A DNA stretch of 64,000 nucleotides, taken from contig NC_092671.1 in assembly GCF_964355755.1 (NCBI RefSeq), positions 36,714,304 through 36,778,303 of the forward strand. Direction: 5' to 3'. The translations under genes and the position numbers were made by a program. Positions 25,363-38,773 of the stretch are shown here, one piece after another. The notes beneath the pieces were generated by a model that ran no database searches, was not told the origin of the DNA, and saw only the letters and a program-made list of their open reading frames with translations. The first letter of the stretch is position 1. The number at the start of each line of letters is the position of its first letter. This DNA comes from Antedon mediterranea (taxonomy: Eukaryota; Animalia; Echinodermata).

Positions 25363-27635
25363 TATTACAAAAAGAAAACAACTTTGATTTTGCCCCCCCA
25401 AAAATGGAATTGCTATTAATCAAACGAATATAGGAATTCATTTGCATGCCTATATTGTCACTTCTTGTTCATCCAATAGCATGGCCACAAAACAAAAACT
25501 AAGTGGCAGTCCCCATGGAAATATATTTTCCTATGGAATCTGCATGGAAACAGGTCCCTATGGATAGCAGCATTTCCTCTAGTCCACTTGGCTCAAGGCT
25601 GTTTATGGTCTAATCACCCTACCCTACACATCTGCTTTACCCATTCATAGCAGCACACTATTTCCTTTATAGGGTTATACTACTACAAGTCTACAACATA
25701 CCACATTGTTATAATTAGAGAGTGTGAAGAATGGTAGGTGTGGAAACATGTACACAAGGCATGGTACTCAAATAGCTTGCTGGAATACCAGCATATTTTA
25801 CTTCAAAAAAATTAAGTAATTAGTTTATTACCAGTATTAATAATTATGGTAATTAAGTTTCTACCATCACCATTTAAGTAATGGAATAATTTAATGTTTA
25901 TGATCACTTTCAGTTTATTTAAAAAAAATGTTCTAGTCACAAATTATTAATCTTAGAAACTATTATGATTGATTTAAAAGTATGTAAATAAAATCTATGA
26001 ATCTATTTGATATACATAATATATATAGTATAAATTTCTTTGTTTTTTACTGTATCTTGTATGGGCTGTGTAACTTGTTCAAGTCCCAAATCCTATCAGT
26101 AAGTATAATCCGGTTTAGTGCGATTAAACTTTTCCGAAAGATTGTTATTATTTGCAGATGTTTTCTAGGTAATTGGATTTTTAAGATATATTTATAATTT
26201 GCCAGATTTCAACACTAATCAACAACAACAACAACTAGTCACTACTTTGTAAACAAATGTGTAAACAACCGCTTTGGTATACTAAATAATCTGTAGTTTT
26301 ATCATAATGACAGTGAACCTAGAAGTTACCTCATCTTAAAAACAAATTTATTTTGTATGTACTTTTAATGACAAAAATATTGTTTGAATATTGTACAGTA
26401 TATGATTTAAGTTTATCAATACAGTATTTATTAAGCTGCGCATTTAAAAAAAATTGGTTTTGGTTGTGTCCTGATTATAAATTGACAACCAATACCAAGT
26501 TTGTGAGAGTTTTAGTTTTTTAAATTTAACTTGCAGATAAAACAACTATATTTTCATACTAGGTTACTCATTTCATTAAAATTGACTTCAATTGCCCAGT
26601 ATGTGCCTCGAATACTGTAATCCAGCACCTAGAACGACCACATAAAATAAAGGTCAGAAACGACGACAGATAAAATATAATCCTGCTCTTCCTCTCAAAC
26701 TTTTCCCATAGAAATTCTCAAATCGACTGTCATGTTAGCGAATATTATATTTTAGCCATGTTGTTGTGTACAAGAGCTAACAAAGAGGTTCCTTTATGTA
26801 AAATGATCACATCTGATGTTCATTAATATCTCCAAGCCAAAGAAAACAAACAGTTACACTCAGAACATTAGTTTGGTACAAATTGATAAACTTGATATCA
26901 AAAAAATTGGACTGCATGTAGCTTATGTTACATTCTATTAAATCTAGTAAAGTATTATTTACCAATTTTTGTGGTAAAACCTCTTAAAAGTAATAACATA
27001 ATACACTATTAATAAATACCCAGTTATAGATGTAACAGAATATTATAGAAAACCAGTCAATTGTTGTGGTCAGACCAACACATTTAAAATCTCCACGACA
27101 ACCACAAACAACAAGAATTAAATGTTGCGGTCACTTTTGAGCGAGTGAACCCGATATGTCCGGACAAATAATTAGAGCGAATGACTGAGTGGGTAATTCT
27201 CGTTCTTCATGGTTCACCGTAGATTATAGACTTAATTACACGACTGATGATGAGTAGGTTTAAACAGTGCAGACTTTGTATAAAAAGTCAGTGTTGTTGA
27301 AGAATACTACTGGATCCTAGATTCTATGTTAGCGATTCTGACCAATGAAAAGCTCTAATATGGTAACTCCTCAAAACCACTAATTTAAGCATTTAAAATA
27401 TTACTTAGCCACTAATCGGTTTAAGCATGCACGTACAGTACCTCCATGGTTTAGAGAAACACAATACTTTAACAAACTGATAATTATTCTCTTATTTTGT
27501 TGTCTTCATGCCATTGGTATAACTATTGAGTTATGACCGGTTTGGCAGATACAGGGTACATTGGAACCAAAAAAAGGCTACAAGAACATTATTGATTATT
27601 AGCATGCACTTAAGTAAATTGTATAAAAGTCTTAC

Positions 27636-27717
27636 CTGTCATCGGTGGGGGTGAACTGACCGGCGTGGAGGGGTTGGAAGGGTAACTACTGTTGGTCTGT
27701 TCCGATGTTGAATAGAT
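27636..27717 (-). CDS. TCF12: E-protein exon: IYSTSEQTNSSYPSNPSTPVSSPPPMT
   Basis: Acceptor CAG 27720-27718, donor GTAAGA; matches recalled [23 protein letters not shown]. Confidence 0.97.
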
Positions 27718-30460
27718 CTGAAAAACAGAGTACAAAACATATTATTATTAGTCATATTAAAACAAGGCTGATGAGTGTAGTAAGCTTGTGTATCATCATT
27801 CTATTTCCTCGCGAGGATTTAGACCTTCCTTGAATCGCAATGGCGCTATTCTATCAAGGACGTCAAATTCAAAATATTTACCACATTCAAAAAGAAAATA
27901 ACGCATAAGAATGCAGATGATTTTTGCAGCAAAATGTGAAACTTAACTAACAAACTTATGTTAAATGTAACTTTATATTTAATAATCTTATTTTCAAAAC
28001 ATCAGTCAATCTAATAATATATTTTAATTGCTAATTGGTTTAATAGTAAAATTAAGGAATATATTTTTATAAATGATCATGTTTGTTTACAAAACATATT
28101 CAATTATTCCTTCTAAATCAAGATCAAGGATATAGGCCTAAGTTTGACGACAATATCATAAATTTATTGGTAGTAATTTTAGTGCTGTTAGCAAGAATAG
28201 TGTTTTTCATCAAGTGAGTTGACAGCTGTTTGGAAGGCAGGGCCTGGGGTGAGCATAATATCGCAGAGTACTGTACCGAGAGCAATGAACCTTTACTTTA
28301 CACACGCACTAATCATATTATTATTGGACGATGATGAGGTATGATGTAAGTGAAATATGACGTTGGAACTAAATAAACAATGGTCAATTATTAGAGGTAA
28401 TAAAGAATGATGATCAAAGTTTGGAAGTAGTAAAAAGTTACATGTAACATGCCCGGACTGAAGCAAAACATTCTACAAAAGAATTTAAGTTTGTCATAAA
28501 AGTTTCCAGTAATAATGATTGTTGATATCGTCACAGAACCATAACAACATTGCATAACAGAGTATGTTATTCTCTACTCTATTACCACTATAAACAGTTT
28601 ATACATTAATATATGCAAAGACTAAATCAACCAATACAATTTTAACTTAATAGAATAGTTAAATTATAATCATAAATGTGTAAAATAATTAGTACCCAAG
28701 AATATCGCGGATGTCCATAAGTTGTTGGTAAAAACATGTTGCTTTGGTTGCTAGGTATTATACGGGAAATGTTACAAAAATATCTTCAAAAAATACTAAA
28801 AAGTTTCTTGCAAAATCAACAGCAATTCCGGTTCATCATATAAACAAAATCAATTAAAAACAAATTAAAAGCAGATAAATGATAACTATTTTTATCTATC
28901 CAATAATTATTCCTCAATTATCTTCTATGATGTTCATCTTCTATAGTAAAACAATTTATTAAACGCGTCAAAACAATCCAACTGAAGATTTGAAGAAAAA
29001 AAAACAACTTCTGAAAAATCTTGCAGATCACAAAATTCCAAGTTTTTCTAGAATTAGACGCTTTGTTCTGATGAGTCACCTGGAAAAGCTGAGTCAGGAA
29101 TAATAGTCTCTGTTTAATATCTGTACCAATGCTGTATCTGCTGTATACCTGTTCGTGGCAAGTCAAAGAGTCCTGTTGTGTGCCTATCCGTAGGAGGAGG
29201 AGTCCTATACGTATTTATCAACAAAAAAGATGTTCAATGTATTTAGATAAAAGCTGTCATCGGCAAATGCTCTGGTATAGTCTTCTAAAAATCAATCCCA
29301 ATTTGTCTGTCTGCTTACTCTTCTAAAAGATCATCATCTGCTGACGTCGTTTACTTTCATAATATTCGTTAAAAAACTCTCATTTAGATAGTTGCTGATG
29401 AGTACAAAACTATGGAAGTTCCTACCAACACTAACAATACCTCATAAAACAATGAATGAATGAATTGATCAACAATAGAAATATGATAAGAGCCAAGTCA
29501 GATGGAAATGATTTGCTGTTTCCTGTGTCAACACATGAAGAAACCAAAATCAGTAGGCTAGCTTTTTCCAAGGAGAGATCCTAACTCAATGAATTCAACA
29601 GAAAACCAATCAATGTCTACGACATCTAAAGCCTGACTAAATTGGATGTTATCATTGCTGGTCCTCCTCCCTCTACTCTACATAGTTTAATATGGGATTC
29701 AGCAGGGCATGAATTAAGTAGCTGGAAGAGCTGTTGAGTGAGTTGCCATAGACAAATCTAACTGGTCCTTCCATTGGCCTCCTTTGAAGTGTAAATCTGG
29801 TTGTTGGAAAATGACAATGGGGATGTCCTATTCACAGTAAAATTAAAAGTAATAATAAAACAACCATAACTTGTAAACTTTTTAATTACATTCATACAAA
29901 TCTACTTTATTTTTATTTCTTTAATTTAAAAATAATAATCACTTTTTATCAGCTCACAAAATTATATCACCATTATCATAGTATAAGTAATTTTTAATTT
30001 AAATTAAATCATTATTTAAATGTTTTACTTAAAAATTCATGTAATTTTAGTAAAACTAAGCCAGAAAATATCAATTTTTATATAACATTTCTTGATTTAA
30101 ATTTAGATTTGATAAAAAACAAAATGACACTCCCTATTTGAAGAATGAAATAGTCCAATTTTTAAAACAACAGTTCAAAAGTTGCTATAAAGTGTCTGGA
30201 TATCTCATCAGAATTTTAGTGATCACTTTACTATTAAAACTCTAGGGACTCCAGATTACAACAACTAAATCAATGGCTACTGTATTGCTTGGAATAAACA
30301 TACCCTTTTGTTATATAATCACATTATTACATATGATAGACTGTAAACACTTTGAATAAAACCTATATATACAGTAACAAAATAATAAAGAAAATTAAAT
30401 TGGCTGTATATATTTTTTTTCTTTGATTTTTGAAAAATGTTATATTATTATATTATCATT

Positions 30461-30625
30461 AGCCCTGACGACGAAGGAATAGTGTTTTCCGAAAGCTTGC
30501 CTGTTTCTGGCCGTTTTACTTTATCGTTTTGATTTAACATTGTTCATTTGTATTGAGATACAGCCACTGATACCCATAGCATTATCAATTTTTCAGTAGT
30601 CTAGTAATTTGCCTTTAGATTTATT
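30461..30625 (+). mobile_element. Penelope-like terminal-repeat copy with degenerate hammerhead motif
   Basis: CTGACGA(CGA)A-GGAA-TAGTGTT-TTCC-GAAAGCT followed by the shared body. Confidence 0.6.
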
Positions 30626-30914
30626 TATTTGTATTATTTTATCTTATATATTCTATATCAAAATTCTTCAAAATATCTTGTTTGTGTGTTGAGTATATGT
30701 GATGATTTAATTTGAATGCCAAACCAAATCATGTGATATATCCCACTAAATCATCATACAAATGTTATTGGCAAGTTACTGTCAAACCGCAATTCAATCA
30801 AATATTTTTTTTCACATTTTCTTTAAATCAGTCAACCATAAATCGTTTAAAATGCACTATTAATTTAATCAAAATTCAAATCAGTTTTCAGTAACTATAT
30901 CTACTAAAACTAAA

Positions 30915-31012
30915 AGCTCTGTCTGTACTATCAATTGACAAAAAAAAGTGTGATGTGCCCAAATACGGTAGTGATATGACATCATCATGTCCATATATGG
31001 GCACATCACATT
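30915..31012. mobile_element. MITE family A, copy 6 (right end missing)
   Basis: Left TIR and interior. Confidence 0.75.
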
Positions 31013-31158
31013 TAGAATGAAGCAGAAACACAAGTCCAAAACTGATAAGGAAGTTTCTAAAATTTCTAGCCCCAAATTAATTTTCAAGTCATGCACATAA
31101 TGCATTTAGAGTCTGCTTATAATAATCTAAAATAGAAGAATTAATTAACTATCATTAA

Positions 31159-31197
31159 CATATCCATTAATTAAACTATATTTAATTAATGGATATG
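31159..31197. repeat. Perfect 17-bp inverted repeat with 5-nt loop
   Basis: CATATCCATTAATTAAA-CTATA-TTTAATTAATGGATATG. Confidence 0.8.
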
Positions 31198-34100
31198 CCG
31201 TCAGTACTTTACTATAATACAACAGTAAATAATATTTCAACAAGTGGAAGCCTAGGCCTATGTATGTGATTGCAAAAGAAAAGCACTAAAATAGATGAAA
31301 TCTAATGGGAAAAAAGTCTACCTGGGATCTACTACATTGTCTGTTCAATGTGCCTTTTAATTCAATTAAGTACATATGAACTTTCTCCAACTGTGCACTA
31401 GTTATCATTGTACAATAGTTCTTTTGGAACAATTACATTTCAAACAAAAAGGTTAAAAACAGAATTATTCAAATGACCTAACCTATCTATTCTTTAAAAA
31501 TTAGGTCACCCTAGTTCCACATTATGTCTTTATTCATGCTAACCAGTTTATTTATGGGTTTAGCAATTTATTCAATTGATACAGGGCGCCAATGCAAATA
31601 TTTATCACATTCAAATTTAGTGTTGGGGATAATTAACCCCGATGTTTGTGTACAGAACGCCGCAATTTTATTTCTATCATAGGTTAATTTAGTATTAATA
31701 AAAGTCAGAATGGAGTATACAAATAATACATTCAAATTCTCTGTTGTATTGCAGATGAATCAAAAAGTTGTGGTTGATACAAAAAAATCAGTGTGAGAAC
31801 GAGGGCAATATTTTGCTATAAAGGAAGTTGGGGGCAAGGAACTTGAACGCAACCCAGGGTGTCCGCCAGTTCAGTCCATCAACAGTGTACGCAGATAGGG
31901 TAAAGTTGCTCATGGTTTCTACCAATGTTTTATTATACTTTCAACGCGTCTCAGAAACTTCAGCAAACTGACTCCAGTTAAATTGAACATAATTTGGCCC
32001 CTTCAAGTCTCATTTGAAATCTTGCTAAAAGATACTTTATCCTTAATTTAAGTGGCCCTTTACCTTGGTTGTGGACCCCAACTTGCCCTTTTGTATCCTT
32101 GATTGTATTCATTAACACCTAGATTCTGTTTATGGGCTACTTGCTATACTCATGGTTTTTATACCTCCATGCTATACTCTACATGTTGACCTAAATTACT
32201 AATTCTAGTAATTTTATAATCCTATTTTGACCTAAATACCTAGATAATAAGCACAATGTATAAAAACGAAAGAGCAGGTATTAATTCACAAAGCACAATA
32301 TTCTATATCAAAGACATTTATATAAGTTACCATTACATTTATCAATTTATATTCATTTATACTTTCATTCAATAAATTATTTTATTTGTGAATTTGTGAA
32401 TGTTTGTAATAGAACAAATGTCTCAGTTTTTATTTTCCATTGTTTTTTTTAAAAAGTAATTGTGTAGTTTTTTGTTGTTGTTTTTTTTAAAGTAATTGTG
32501 TTGTTAAAATTCTGTATTTGTATGGACGCACCATCTACGCATGTGTGCCACTGTTAAAAAAGTGTTGATCCAAATAAATATTATTATTATTATCTACTTT
32601 GTAAACATTTTGTACGGGCCATACCTCCCGTTATTAGAGAGTTCTTCCGATGATAAATGAGAGAACCAATAAACAAAGCAATAATGAGTTAAAAGACAGG
32701 ATAAATGTATACTGAATACTAAATGCAATAATATAATAAGATAATACAAGTTGACCTAAAACTGTTGTATTGTACACATATTGTAACACAATATTATAAT
32801 TCAATAATTATTTTATAGTCCAGCTAGGAACAAACCTATAAATACTTAGCTATTAATCAGATAAATTAATAAATCCATCACAAGAATGGGGGGTGATTAC
32901 ATAAGAAGGAAGTGGGGACTTTTTTGGTTTTAAAATAGAACAAAGAACTGATGAAAGATTAGACATGGCCTGTAGCTGAAGATCTACTAAAGCCTGCTCA
33001 TAAGGGTGTAGTAAAAACACTAATCACTTCAACACCTGGTCGTTCACCTTTGATCATTAAGCCAAGGACATTTCCCAATTTTTAATTTTAAATTCAACCT
33101 CAATATACGTTTTATAACTATCAAGAATACGTTCATTCCTTTTTATTTTTAAGTTGCTAGTAGCAAGAAGGGATATTTAAACCCGTAGGGTGGTTCAAAA
33201 ATTTAAACGAACCTCTTTTTTCCTGATATGAAATTTTAAGAAGTGAACTTAAATAATATTAAACATCAATTTATTATGCTTAACTAGCCTAGCTTATGAT
33301 GATTGTTTTTCCTTTTTTGCAGGAAAAAAAAACACTCTGTAAAAATTCCTGGCTATGGGCTTGTTATTTTCATATATAAATGCTTCAATGAAATTGATTG
33401 GAATAATCAAAACAGTTACCAAAACTGTTACTTTTGTGGTTGGTAATTTCAGTTTCAATCTCTTGAACTAATTATTTCCACCAGCAGCTCAAAATAGTTT
33501 AAAAACAAGGTGATTAATGTGATTTCATTTCTGTTTGACTAACATTTAACCACTAAACTGATTCTCAGTTTAAAAAATGCATAAATCAAAACATAAATGG
33601 GGAAAAAAAAAAATTACTCCAACACAATTGAGACAAATATTTAAGTGACACAAACTGGAACCTAATAAAAAATAATTGTGACTGTTTGATGTTTATTTTC
33701 TTATGAAATGTTACCTCTGGAAGAAAAAAATCAAATATTTTGGAGGAAAATGCAAATAAAAAAGTACAGAAGGATGGTATATTACTTGGTGTTGGTCCTT
33801 GGGGATGAAAAAACTAACTAATGCAGTCTATGGCCTGGAGGATGGAGTCACAACGGCTCATCATAAACATATTAAAATAAAAACCTATGGCTCAGCTCCA
33901 ACTTTAATAATAATCTATTTTAAACAAACCATTTATGGTATATAAATTCTATGAATTAATAAATTTGATATAAAATTCTTATTTACGGGAAGCGCTTTAG
34001 TTTTGAATAGTTAATCAAAGATAAGCAGTAGATACTGTAAATAGGTACATTACCTTTTAAAAGTATAAATACATTGAATTTCCATTATCTATTACTTATT

Positions 34101-34346
34101 AAGTATGCTTATCTAGGTCACTATCAAATATCTATAAATTATTAATAAATACACCTAACTGTTATAATTTATTATTAATGACAAAGCCAATGGATACACT
34201 CATACAGCCTCAATAAAAAGAAAAAAAACAAAGAGAGCATCAATGTCAATGAAACAAACAATAGATGCGTTGTTTTCTCCGTCAGAGTTAAACACAGTGC
34301 TTCAATCGCACATGATCTGCGTTTCAACGTGTGTGGTATTGCGTAC

Positions 34347-34465
34347 AGCTCTGTGTACACTATCAAACTTTATGTGTTAAAAAATGTGATGCGCCCGTAT
34401 ATGGACATGATGATGTCATATCACTACCATATTTGAGCACATCACCAACATAATTTGGATGCACT
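34347..34465. mobile_element. MITE family A, copy 7 (truncated)
   Basis: Left TIR and interior, then other repeats. Confidence 0.75.
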
Positions 34466-34575
34466 GGACAACTATTATATCGGAGGTACATCAGAGTTTC
34501 AATCCGACATGATAAGGATGTATAAAAAAGAATTAACTGATGAAGGTACATCAGAATTTCAATCCGAGATGATAA

Positions 34576-34960
34576 AGGCCCATTTACACTAGGGCGATAA
34601 CGATCGACGATAAAAAGATAAATATGCATTTTTCATACTTTTAAAAAGTTTTCATCCTAGAACTAGTGGATTATCATCTATGCTGCCTTTGATGAAAATA
34701 ATATTTCCACACGTCCAATCAAATGACGTCATGATTAGTAAGAGCAATAATATCGTTACAATACAACGATTTTATTGTTTTCATTGATCATGACGTCATT
34801 TGATTGGTTTTTCAAAAATAATATTTTTATTAAATACAGCATATATGATTATCCTATAGTTCTAGAATGAAAAATGTTCTAATTTCTTTCGTTTTATCAA
34901 ACAAAAATCTATGTTTATCTATTTATCGTCGATCATTATCGCCCTAGTGTAAATGGGCCT
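34576..34960. mobile_element. Fold-back Harbinger-type MITE (385 bp), TAA TSD
   Basis: ~38-bp TIR AGGCCCATTTACACTAGGGCGATAA(C/T)GATCGACGATAAA; TAA at 34573-34575 and 34961-34963; interior largely palindromic. Confidence 0.9.
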
Positions 34961-35227
34961 TAAGGATGTGTAAAAAATAATTAACTGATGATCACACAGC
35001 ATTTACGTCAGATATAACTCTGATATGATTCGGATCAGCTTAAATCTGTTCCAAGCATGATTTACTCTGTGTTTGTGTGAACACAGCTATTTTTTTTTTT
35101 TTTTTATTCAAATAAAATGGACGCAAAACATTATTCAAGGTGTCTTCTTGTCGTTTGATTGGTTGATTCATTATCACATTGCGTACAATATGTTTTTCCT
35201 TTCTGTTCTATTTATGAAGGTCTATAA

Positions 35228-35403
35228 AGCTCTGTCTACACTATCAAACTAGTTTCACAAAAAAAAGTGTGATGTGCTCAAATATGGTAGTGATGTGCTC
35301 AAATATGGTAGTGATATGCCTAAATATGGTAGTGATATGACATGTCCATATATGGGCATATCACATTTTTTGTTGCAAAAAGGTTGATAGTGTGGACAGA
35401 GCT
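35228..35403. mobile_element. MITE family A, copy 8 (three internal subrepeats)
   Basis: Both TIRs; AAATATGGTAGTGAT x3. Confidence 0.9.
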
Positions 35404-36864
35404 TTAAGCAATATACCAAAAATTATGTACGGAGAACAAGAATATGTAAAATGTTTGCTGGAAGAGGTATGGAATAGATTGCTCACAGGAGACAAACTAG
35501 TTTTCAAAATCTATTTCCTGTAAAACAAATAACGTGCTCTTCTGGGAATTACCTGGCAACCTTTGTTGTAGCTGCCAGCCAAGGACACCATTTAGGAAGT
35601 CTAAAAACTTCTTAATTTTTTTAATGTTGTGGCTTACAAAGGCCTGTATAGTGAAAATCTTTACAATATGCGATTGATGTAGACGCTTGCTATTGTAATA
35701 GACTATTTTGAAATAATTATTTCTAAATATTTATTTACAAAAATTAGTTTGACTTTGTTACAATGTTTTTGCTTGATGTAAATACAATCAAATATTAAAG
35801 TTATACTTGGGGCAGATCCAGCATTATAGATTAGAAGGGCTAAATATTTCATAAATGATAAAAATGATGAAATAAAAAATAAATGAAAAAGTCCACGCCT
35901 AAATCCGTACCTGATACTGTATTATATATTATTCTACTACATCTATGACACTTGCACTACCTTCTAATTCTTCTCCTAATCTATTCATAAGTCTATGTTG
36001 TGATTTTACAAAATAAAATTGTGAAACAACTGAAATTTTGCTCTAATAACCATCAATAAACTAAAATTGCTGGAGTCAAAATATTCCCCAATGAAAAAAC
36101 AATTACATAATGCAGTAACCTCCATCAAGAATTTCTTTGCCAACTTCCTTGGGAAATCTTGAATACTATAGTTAACTTCCTAGCTGGCATCATCAACAAC
36201 CGATCATTGTCACCATTGGGAGTCATCACCATTGTTTCGTCAACTTCACATACAATGCTAGGGAATGTTCACTTTTCCGATATTTACCTCGGAGAAGTTG
36301 TTATTTCCTACGGAATGCGCCAAGTTTCTTTTTGATCTTGGTATATTCAATCACATGTTTACAATTACCGCAGTGCGAATGGACCTACTTTATGGGTTAT
36401 TTCCATTGTCATAGTGATGTTGCATTTAAGATATAAATCGTAGGAGATTCTGCACAATACAGTAATCTAGTTAGTAGCATTTTATTAACTACTATTTCTT
36501 TTTTGTCAACTGGTGTTACTTTCAATATGTAACCTGACATTTCAAATAATTTGAAAGTAGGTTAGTAACATGCTTTAGCGCAACCAATCAACACGTTTTA
36601 TTTTTCTGTTTCAATTTATTTATCATTAATTTTCAATAAAAAAAACAATCTTTTAAAATGTTGCTGTATATTAGAATGCCACATGTAACCACAAGAATGC
36701 TTCTCTTGATGTAACAGTCTTAGGGTATACCTAATAAAAATGCTGCCCTCAACTTTATAAATCTGAAGAGGGCAGCATTGCATATTTCTCATTAATGAAG
36801 ATGAAAGATTGAAAAAAAATACTAAAAGAGAAATTTGTGAAGGAAATAAAGACACTTGACTTAC

Positions 36865-36941
36865 AGATGCTAAAGCTTTTCCTAGCGTGACCCCAGTTTG
36901 TGAATTATCTGCTGCGCTAGCCGCCGTTGAACCTCGACCAG
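36865..36941 (-). CDS. TCF12: E-protein exon: AGRGSTAASAADNSQTGVTLGKALAS
   Basis: Acceptor (T)nTAG, donor GTAAGT; conserved SQTG..LGKALAS. Confidence 0.97.
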
Positions 36942-37344
36942 CTAAAAAAAATGTTTGAAATATTATATAAAAGAATATTAATGAGAAAATAATAATAATA
37001 AAAATAATCATAATCATCATTTATCACTTTTATGTTATAAAATATATGTAATGTGTTTTAATTAATGTGAAGGGACCGTTATTGCGTGCCATATTTATCA
37101 AGTTTTAAATTAAGATAATAATTATTGTTATTTTCACTGGTATGTGATAATGAGGATGATGTGAACAATTAAATTGCCAAGGATAACCATAAGCGAATTT
37201 ATTCACTATCCTTCTTAAAGTTGGCAATAATGTTCACAAGACAAACATATACACAAGATGCTGTACATAAATAAAGTCTTATTACAAGTCTTTGGGAGTG
37301 GAGTTATAAATTGTTATTGTCATAAGAAAAAATTCTGACATATG

Positions 37345-37410
37345 ACAGGACTTGAGCCCAGTACTCTTGAATTGGTAGCCAAGCATCATTACCACCAAGC
37401 CACCACTTGT
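37345..37410 (-). mobile_element. tRNA-derived SINE head fragment
   Basis: A-box-like TGGCTTGGTGG and B-box-like GGCTCAAGTCC at tRNA spacing; no complete cloverleaf. Confidence 0.4.
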
Positions 37411-37540
37411 CATTAACGAGTTAAATCCCATCTGAATGCTCAGCATGGTTTCAGTTTCTCTATGCTGATTCTTATTATTCATTATCAATTTAATTAATAC
37501 CAGTATAAAAAAACATGATAATGATGATTTTGAAACACAC

Positions 37541-37658
37541 CTAAGTTTGGTTCACTGCCGTTCAATGGTGACCTAGCACTGGGGTGGGCTTCGGGTCGAA
37601 AGCTGGTCATAGGGGGAAGACCTGAATTGGAATTCATCATTGCCTCTTGGCTGTAAGT
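37541..37658 (-). CDS. TCF12: E-protein exon: TYSQEAMMNSNSGLPPMTSFRPEAHPSARSPLNGSEPNL
   Basis: Acceptor CAG 37661-37659, donor GTGTGT; conserved LPPM(S/T)(T/S)F. Confidence 0.95.
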
Positions 37659-37972
37659 CTGTAAAATACAAAAACGAAAAGGTAACAAAAAAGCTTGTGT
37701 TCATCTGTAATGAAGTGAAATAATTGGAGACATCAATTTTGTTATATTTAAAGTTTATACTGATCACTTTTGACTTGTTGAAAGGTACCATGGAATTTAT
37801 ATGAAGATTACAACCTTTGCACATTAAAACAATATACATAAAGATACATGCCAATCAAATCAGTACCTCACATATAAAATAATCCAATCAAATTTTATGG
37901 CTCAGATGACACATGAGAAAAATACTTTTTTTTTTTAATTTGCTTTTTTATTTTGAGGAATGTGATCCTTAC

Positions 37973-38109
37973 CAGAGGATCTTGTGTATAATTAGTTGAC
38001 GTTTGTGAATGTGATGTTGAGTTGGTTAACAAGGTAGATGATGGATAATTTGATGCTGGTCCCATGCCATTACTCCATCCTCCTCCCTCATGACCACTAT
38101 GAGCGCCAT
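37973..38109 (-). CDS. TCF12: E-protein exon: DGAHSGHEGGGWSNGMGPASNYPSSTLLTNSTSHSQTSTNYTQDPL
   Basis: Acceptor TAG 38112-38110, donor GTAAGG, phases 1 to 0; DG.H...WS..GM pattern. Confidence 0.93.
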
Positions 38110-38186
38110 CTATAAGACAAAATAAGCATCTATTATTATTAGTCCTATTTGACAATATTTGAAATTTTCTTGGGAAAGATTACTAA

Positions 38187-38278
38187 AGCTCTGTCCACAC
38201 TTTCCAACTTTATGTGACAAATATTGTAGTTACATGACATCATCATGGGCACATAAAGTTTGATAGTGTAGACAGAGA
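38187..38278. mobile_element. MITE family A, copy 9 (internally deleted)
   Basis: Both TIRs, ~90 bp. Confidence 0.75.
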
Positions 38279-38292
38279 TTAATGCAGTAAAT

Positions 38293-38727
38293 AGTAGTAA
38301 CTCTCTGAATAGAACTGAAATACTGCATCCCCGAAGGTTTGGATGATGAATAACCTGAATTCCCAACGGAAGAGGAACTGGAAAATAACTTACCAAGGTA
38401 GTAACTCTCTAAATACTGCATTCCCGGAGGTTTGGGTGATGAATAACCTGAATTCCCAACGGAAGAGGAACTGGAAAATAACTTACCAAGGTAGTAACTC
38501 TCTAAATACTGCATCCCCGGAGGTTTGGGTGATGAATAACCTGAATTCCCAACGGAAGAGGAACTGGAAAATAACTTACCAAGGTAGTAACTTTCTAAAT
38601 ACTGCATCCCCGGAGGTTTGGGTGATGAATAACCTAAATTCCCGACGGAAGAGGAACTGGGATATCAACTTACCAAGGTAGTAACTCTCTGAATACTGCA
38701 TTCCCGGAGGTTTGGGTGATGAATAAC
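38293..38727 (-). repeat. 93-bp tandem repeat of an exon 3' half plus donor and intron start (~4.6 units)
   Basis: GTAAGT donors after 38674, 38580, 38487, 38394 (spacing 94, 93, 93). Confidence 0.97.
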
Positions 38728-38773
38728 TAGGTGATTCTGATTGGTAGTCGTCTGAACCGGCTGGTGAATAAAC
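38674..38773 (-). CDS. TCF12: E-protein exon: VYSPAGSDDYQSESPSYSSPKPPGMQYSESYYL
   Basis: Acceptor CAG 38776-38774, donor GTAAGT; matches recalled [23 protein letters not shown]. Confidence 0.96.

Noticed and set aside
28900-29400. Coding-like block with a GTAAGC donor
   Set aside because: Stops in all frames and no ATG-donor pair in phase with the next exon; likely a decayed repeat
33705-33732. Minus-strand ttttttcttcCAG-AG-GTAACA
   Set aside because: Would be a 2-nt frameshifting exon; plausible by chance
37345-37410. Possible tRNA gene
   Set aside because: A and B boxes only, no complete cloverleaf; treated as a SINE head
38230-38681. Repetitive 125-aa and 112-aa ORFs
   Set aside because: Products of the 93-bp repeat, not separate genes
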